From Nemertoderma westbladi (taxonomy: Eukaryota; Animalia; Xenacoelomorpha), in assembly GCA_032718475.1 (NCBI GenBank), contig JAUCBJ010004764.1, forward strand, positions 1 through 44,752: a stretch of 44,752 nucleotides of DNA. Reading direction: 5' to 3'. Of the stretch, positions 38,793-44,752 are shown piece by piece. Position 1 is the first letter of the stretch; each line of letters starts with the position of its first letter. A program made the translations under genes and the position numbers. The notes below the pieces were generated by a model. That model made no database searches. It was given only the letters and a program-made list of their open reading frames with translations, and had not been told where the DNA came from.

Positions 38793-41700
38793 TGTGCGTT
38801 AGCAGAAGTGCTACTGTACAGGACGGGGTTTTGGTGTGTGCGTTAGCAGAAGTGCTACTGTACAGGAGGGGGTTTTGGTGTGTGCTACTGTACAGGATGG
38901 GGTTTTGGTGTGTGCGTTAGCAGAAGTGCTACTGTACAGGAGGGGGTTTTGGTGTGTGCGTTAGCAGAAGTGCTACTGTACAGGATGGGGTTTTGGTGTG
39001 TGCGTTAACAGAAGTGCTACTGTACAGGAGGGGGTTTTGGTGTGTGCGTTAACAGAAGTGCTACTGTACAGGGCGGGTTTTTGGTGTGTGCGTTAGCAGA
39101 AGTGCTACTGTACAGGAGGGGGTTTTGGTGTGTGCGTTAGCAGAAGTGCTACTGTACAGGATGGGGTTTTGGTGTGTGCGTTAGCAGAAGTGCTACTGTA
39201 CAGGAGGGGGTTTTGGTGTGTGCTACTGTACAGGATGGGGTTTTGGTGTGTGCGTTAGCAGAAGTGCTACTGTACAGGAGGGGGTTTTGGTGTGTGCTAC
39301 TGTACAGGATGGGGTTTTGGTGTGTGCGTTAACAGAAGTGCTACTGTACAGGAGGGGGTTTTGGTGTGTGCGTTAGCAGAAGTGCTACTGTACAGGAGGG
39401 GGTTTTGGTGTGTGCGTTAGCAGAAGTGCTACTGTACAGGATGGGGTTTTGGTGTGTGCGTTAGCAGAAGTGCTACTGTACAGGAGGGGGTTTTGGTGTG
39501 TGCTACTGTACAGGATGGGGTTTTGGTGTGTGCGTTAGCAGAAGTGCTACTGTACAGGAGGGGGTTTTGGTGTGTGCTACTGTACAGGATGGGGTTTTGG
39601 TGTGTGCGTTAACAGAAGTGCTACTGTACAGGAGGGGGTTTTGGTGTGTGCGTTAGCAGAAGTGCTACTGTACAGGATGGGGTTTTGGTGTGTGCGTTAA
39701 CAGAAGTGCTACTGTACCGGAGGGGGTTTTGGTGTGTGCGTTAGCAGAAGTGCTACTGTACAGGAGGGGGTTTTGGTGTGTGCGTTAGCAGAAGTGCTAC
39801 TGTACAGGACGGGGTTTTGGTGTGTGCGTTAGCAGAAGTGCTACTGTACAGGAGGGGGTTTTGGTGTGTGCTACTGTACAGGATGGGGTTTTGGTGTGTG
39901 CGTTAGCAGAAGTGCTACTGTACAGGAGGGGGTTTTGGTGTGTGCTACTGTACAGGATGGGGTTTTGGTGTGTGCGTTAGCAGAAGTGCTACTGTACAGG
40001 AGGGGGTTTTGGTGTGTGCTACTGTACAGGATGGGGTTTTGGTGTGTGCGTTAGCAGAAGTGCTACTGTACAGGATGGGGTTTTGGTGTGTGCGTTAGCA
40101 GAAGTGCTACTGTACAGGAGGGGGTTTTGGTGTGTGCTACTGTACAGGATGGGGTTTTGGTGTGTGCGTTAGCAGAAGTGCTACTGTACAGGAGGGGGTT
40201 TTGGTGTGTGCTACTGTACAGGATGGGGTTTTGGTGTGTGCGTTAGCAGAAGTGCTACTGTACAGGAGGGGTTTTGGTGTGTGCGTTAGCAGAAGTGCTA
40301 CTGTACAGGATGGGGTTTTGGTGTGTGCGTTAGCAGAAGTGCTACTGTACAGGAGGGGGTTTTGGTGTGTGCGTTAGCAGAAGTGCTACTGTACAGGAGG
40401 GGGTTTTGGTGTGTGCTACTGTACAGGATGGGGTTTTGGTGTGTGCGTTAGCAGAAGTGCTACTGTATAGGAGGGGTTTTGGTGTGTGCGTTAGCAGAAG
40501 TGCTACTGTACAGGAGGGGTTTTGGTGTGTGCGTTAGCAGAAGTGCTACTGTACAGGATGGGGTTTTGGTGTGTGCGTTAGCAGAAGTGCTACTGTACAG
40601 GAGGGGGTTTTGGTGTGTGCTACTGTACAGGATGGGGTTTTGGTGTGTGCGTTAGCAGAAGTGCTACTGTATAGGAGGGGTTTTGGTGTGTGCGTTAGCA
40701 GAAGTGCTACTGTACAGGATGGGGTTTTGGTGTGTGCGTTAGCAGAAGTGCTACTGTACAGGAGGGGGTTTTGGTGTGTGCTACTGTACAGGATGGGGTT
40801 TTGGTGTGTGTGTTAGCAGAAGTGCTACTGTACAGGAGGGGGTTTTGGAGTGTGCGTTAGCAGAAGTGCTACTGTACAGGATGGGGTTTTGGTGTGTGCG
40901 TTAACAGAAGTGCTACTGTACAGGAGGGGGTTTTGGTGTGTGCGTTAGCAGAAGTGCTACTGTACAGGAGGGGGTTTTGGTGTGTGCGTTAGCAGAAGTG
41001 CTACTGTACAGGATGGGGTTTTGGTGTGTGCGTTAGCAGAAGTGCTACTGTATAGGAGGGGTTTTGGTGTGTGCGTTAGCAGAAGTGCTACTGTACAGGA
41101 GGGGTTTTGGTGTGTGCGTTGTAGAAGTGCTACTGTACAGGAGGGGGTTTTGTTCTGTGTTAGCAGAAGTGCTACTGTACAGGAGGGGTTTTGGAGTGTG
41201 CGTTAGCAGAAGTGCTACTGTACAGGATGGGGTTTTTGTGTGTGCGTTAGCAGAAGTACTACTGTACAGGAGGGGGTTTTGGTGTGTGCGTTAGCAGAAG
41301 TGCTACTGTACAGGAGGGGGTTTTGGTGTGTGCGTTAGCAGAAGTGCTACTGTACAGGGCGGGTTTTTGGTGTGTGCGTTAGCAGAAGTGCTACTGTACA
41401 GGATGGGGTTTTGGTGTGTGCGTTAGCAGAAGTGCTACTGTACAGGAGGGGGTTTTGGTGTGTGCGTTCGCAGAAGTGCTACTGTACAGGAGGGGGTTTT
41501 GGTGTGTGCGTTAGCAGAAGTGCTACTGTACAGGAGGGGGTTTTGTTGTGTGTTAGCAGAAGTGCTACTGTACAGGATGGGGTTTTGGTGTGTGCGTTAG
41601 TAGAAGTGCTACTATACAGGAGGGGTTTTGGTGTGTGCGTTGCAGAAGTGCTACTGTACAGGAGGGGGTTTTGTTCTGTGTTAGCAGAAGTGCTACTGCA

Positions 41701-42417
41701 CAGGAGGGGTTTTGGAGTGTGCGTTAGCAGAAGTGCTACTGTACAGGAGGGGGTTTTGGTGTGTGCGTTCGCAGAAGTGCTACTGTACAGGAGGGGGTTT
41801 TGGTGTGTGCGTTAGCAGAAGTGCTACTGTACAGGATGGGGTTTTGGTGTGTGCGTTAGCAGAAGTGCTACTGTATAGGAGGGGTTTTGGTGTGTGCGTT
41901 AGTAGAAGTGCTACTATACAGGAGGGGTTTTGGTGTGTGCGTTGCAGAAGTGCTACTGTACATGAGGGGGTTTTGTTCTGTGTTAGCAGAAGTGCTACTG
42001 CACAGGAGGGGTTTTGGAGTGTGCGTTAGCAGAAGTGCTACTGTACAGGATGGGGTTTTGGTGTGTGCGTTAGCAGAAGTACTACTGTACCGGAGGGGGT
42101 TTTGGTGTGTGCGTTAGCAGAAGTGCTACTGTACAGGATGGGGTTTTGGTGTGTGCGTTAGCAGAAGTGCTACTGTACAGGACGGGGTTTTGGTGTGTGC
42201 GTTAGCAGAAGTGCTACTGTACAGGATGGGGTTTTGGTGTGTGCGTTAGCAGAAGTGCTACTGTACCGGAGGGGGTTTTGGTGTGTGCGTTAGCAGAAGT
42301 GCTACTGTACAGGAGGGGGTTTTGGTGTGTGCGTTAGCAGAAGTGCTACTGTACAGGATGGGGTTTTGGTGTGTGCGTTAGCAGAAGTGCTACTGTACAG
42401 GGCGGGTTTTTGGTGTG
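38793..42417. repeat. 44-bp G/T-rich tandem array (~85-90 units) with an interspersed 30-bp deletion variant
   Basis: Unit gtgtgcgttagcagaagtgctactgtacaggagggggttttggt; the variant lacks gttagcagaagtgc. Confidence 0.97.
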
Positions 42418-42962
42418 GACAATTGCAACCCGGACACTTACAACCCGGACAATTGCAACCCGGACAATTGCAACCCAGACAATTGCGACCCGGACAATTG
42501 CAACCCAGACAATTGCAACCCAGACAATTGCGACCCGATCATAAATTAATAGTCATACAACATTCTATAGATTTCAAATAGATTATATCATAGCTAGTAA
42601 AAAAATAATACATGAACAATGTTAACAATATACGTAGCGTAGGTTATGCCAAAACAATTAATTTTAATTCTAAGCATTCCAGAATATCTAATTGTAAATA
42701 ATATAGGGCCAACCGCTCCTATGTAGCCACTGTAATTAATATAGCCATAGTAATGAAATGTAGCTACAGTAATTATAATACAATTAGTAAAATTAATATA
42801 AAAAGTATTCCAGAATATAACATTGCGAATAATGTAGTCACTATTTTAAAATGTTGCTACAGTAATTTAAATATAGCGAGCTACCCTTACAATTTCGACC
42901 CAGCAAATTTAATAAAATCATGGGCCACAGTAGTACCGTCCGGGTTGCAATTCTCCGGACAC
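42417..42962. mobile_element. MITE with 15-bp subterminal tandem repeats
   Basis: About 8 x ggacaattgcaaccc on the left, an inverted copy gtccgggttgcaattctccggacac at 42938-42962, and an AT-rich interior. Confidence 0.7.
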
Positions 42963-43089
42963 AAGTAAGTCCGCCTGAGTGTATAATTTCTAAATCTAAT
43001 TCCTTGTTATTGATTAGTATGGGTTTCACGAATTAGGCTGGTAGTACTGGAATTCTTGAACATCTATTTTTGAACTTTTATACTCACTT

Positions 43090-43225
43090 GTTTTGCTCCC
43101 AGTAATTCAATTGGTCCTCATTTCATCGACCCCAAGGGATTTGAGGTTGATTGAATCCTGGCGGGGTTCGAACCCACAACCGATATATTACTGACCCCAG
43201 GGTCAACCAACTGAGCTACCCCGCC
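43090..43225 (-). mobile_element. tRNA-derived SINE
   Basis: The minus strand reads ggcgggGTAGCTCAGTTGG...gGGTTCGAACCCcgcc, then caacctcaaatcccttggggtcgatgaaatgaggacc, which resembles a conserved central domain of animal SINEs (family not assigned). Confidence 0.65.
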
Positions 43226-43334
43226 TTTTTACTTCAAAGCAGTAGGTTGCAATAGCAGATCAAAGAGGAATAATTCTTCTGTTGTCTCAAGGTCTAATGC
43301 TAACTATAAGTAACCAATTCCAATAACATTGTTC

Positions 43335-43340
43335 TTTATT
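43335..43340 (-). terminator. Candidate polyadenylation signal of CDKAL1
   Basis: AATAAA on the minus strand ~60 nt after the stop codon. Confidence 0.45.
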
Positions 43341-43401
43341 TATATCACAACTCATAACACCATGTAAATAACCATAAAATAAAATAAATATCTTATTATT
43401 A

Positions 43402-44752
43402 TTAATAGAACTGCAATAAACTGAAACTGCTCTGATTAAAACAACAAAATTTCAGCGCTAAATAGAAAATAAAACATAAAAACAAACTGATACAAAGACG
43501 GACAGGGTTAGAGGTTGATCGACTACGGGACAGACACCACTCTGTGGAGAACCATGGCTCCGTTGATACAAGTTTCAATGGTTCCCCCTTGAGAAAGTGT
43601 TTGCCGACCTCTACAATGCGAACTCGTACAAGCTTCCCCATAAACTCGGGCCGAGGTGGGACCAGTACTTGGTCGTAGGAATCGTTGTGTCCGACGTAAT
43701 AGCGACCGTCGTGCGACAACTCGGACACCAACACGTTGTACCTGAGTCCCAGCTGGTGCGAGTACGTCCCGTAGGAGCGGAACAACTCGGACATCCTACG
43801 AGTCCGGGACTTAACCTCCTGCGTGGGGACCCGCGGTAGACGCGCGGCCGGGGTACCGGGACGCGGGAAGAACTGGTTGATGAACAGACTCGGGAACTTG
43901 TGCCGTCGTACCAACTCGAGACTACCGAGGAAGTCCGCCTCCGTCTCGGTGGGAAACCCGCAGATAATATCGGTTGCGACGGTGAGTCCCGGAACCCGCT
44001 CGCGAAGAAAACCGACGACTCTATCGAACTCAGCAACCGAGTACTCACGTTTCATATCTGAGAGGACCATATCGGAACCTGACTGAACCGGAATATGAAG
44101 GAACTTATAAACCCTGTGGTCATTCAATATCTCCGCCATGGCTTCTAGATGTTCTAGAATATACGGGGGGTTAGTCATCCCGAGACGGATCCGCCCCAGG
44201 ACGGGACTACCGCGACCAACTCCCGTAGCAACTCCGGCAAATTGACCCCCAGATCCCGACCGTAGGCCCCGAGGTCCTCACTGGTCAACCAGACCTCCAC
44301 GACCCCCTCGGTGAAAGCGGTCGTCGCTCGCGCCACCAACTCCGCCACTGGGTAGGATCCCAGCTCCCCGCGTGCGTGCTTTGTTTTGCAGTAGGTGCAC
44401 TGGTTGAGACAGCCAGTATTCACTGCAAGGATCTCTATTAAACGATTACGGCGGATTTTCGGCAACTCTAATGATGCGCCGCCCAGTTTCTTCCCGTTTA
44501 CCTTCTTGGTGCCTAGGAGTCGCACTGTATTACCTTTCAGCGTCTCCTCTACAACCTCCACTACCCGGTCTATCTGCTGAACTCCGACCACACTAACCCC
44601 CGACAAATAGTCGGCGGAGGGACGGGATTGAGAGACGCATCCAGCGGCTACTACCCGAACACCCTTTGCCGTAGCGGCCTCCACGAGATTCCGGAAATGA
44701 TCCTCGGCCGGGGTTTTCACCGTGCAGCTGTTGAGGATCCAGAGGTTTGCTT
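43402..44752 (-). CDS. CDKAL1: Threonylcarbamoyladenosine tRNA methylthiotransferase (CDKAL1/e-MtaB), 5'-truncated by window edge, 1-nt frameshift at ~44194-44197
   Basis: Contains [14 protein letters not shown], radical-SAM [54 protein letters not shown], a TRAM-like region and a C-terminal hydrophobic anchor. No introns in the visible part. Confidence 0.93.

Noticed and set aside
38793-42417. True telomere
   Set aside because: G4T4 occurs once per 44-bp unit rather than as a simple repeat, and the array is flanked by genes on both sides.
39866-42581. Cys/Val-rich ORFs and a QLQPG repeat peptide
   Set aside because: These are translations of the 44-bp and 15-bp DNA repeats.

Overview
This is eukaryotic, animal-like genomic DNA: AT-rich, repeat-dense intergenic and intronic sequence with GC/CpG-rich, intron-poor genes. 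Three genes are recognisable. SNRNP200/Brr2 (+) has 3 coding exons (5559-7280, 22013-22681, 23194-27201; about 2132 aa). An intronless MRPL46-like gene (+) lies at 35226-36002. The 3' part of CDKAL1 (-) runs off the right edge and has a 1-nt frameshift near 44195. About 19.5 kb (roughly 44%) of the window is four large tandem arrays with 55-56, 36, 45 and 44/30 bp units. The most striking feature is the 10.9-kb array at the start of Brr2 intron 1: about 195 tandem copies of the exon 1/intron 1 junction itself, nearly all with an intact CAG|GTAAGG donor, inside the gene for a core spliceosomal helicase. Use of any donor except the first retains an in-frame TGA. The unit also aligns end to end with the last 57 nt of the exon, which suggests origin by exon duplication. 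The remaining sequence is a patchwork of MITE-like foldbacks, tRNA-derived SINE-like elements and a LINE remnant.
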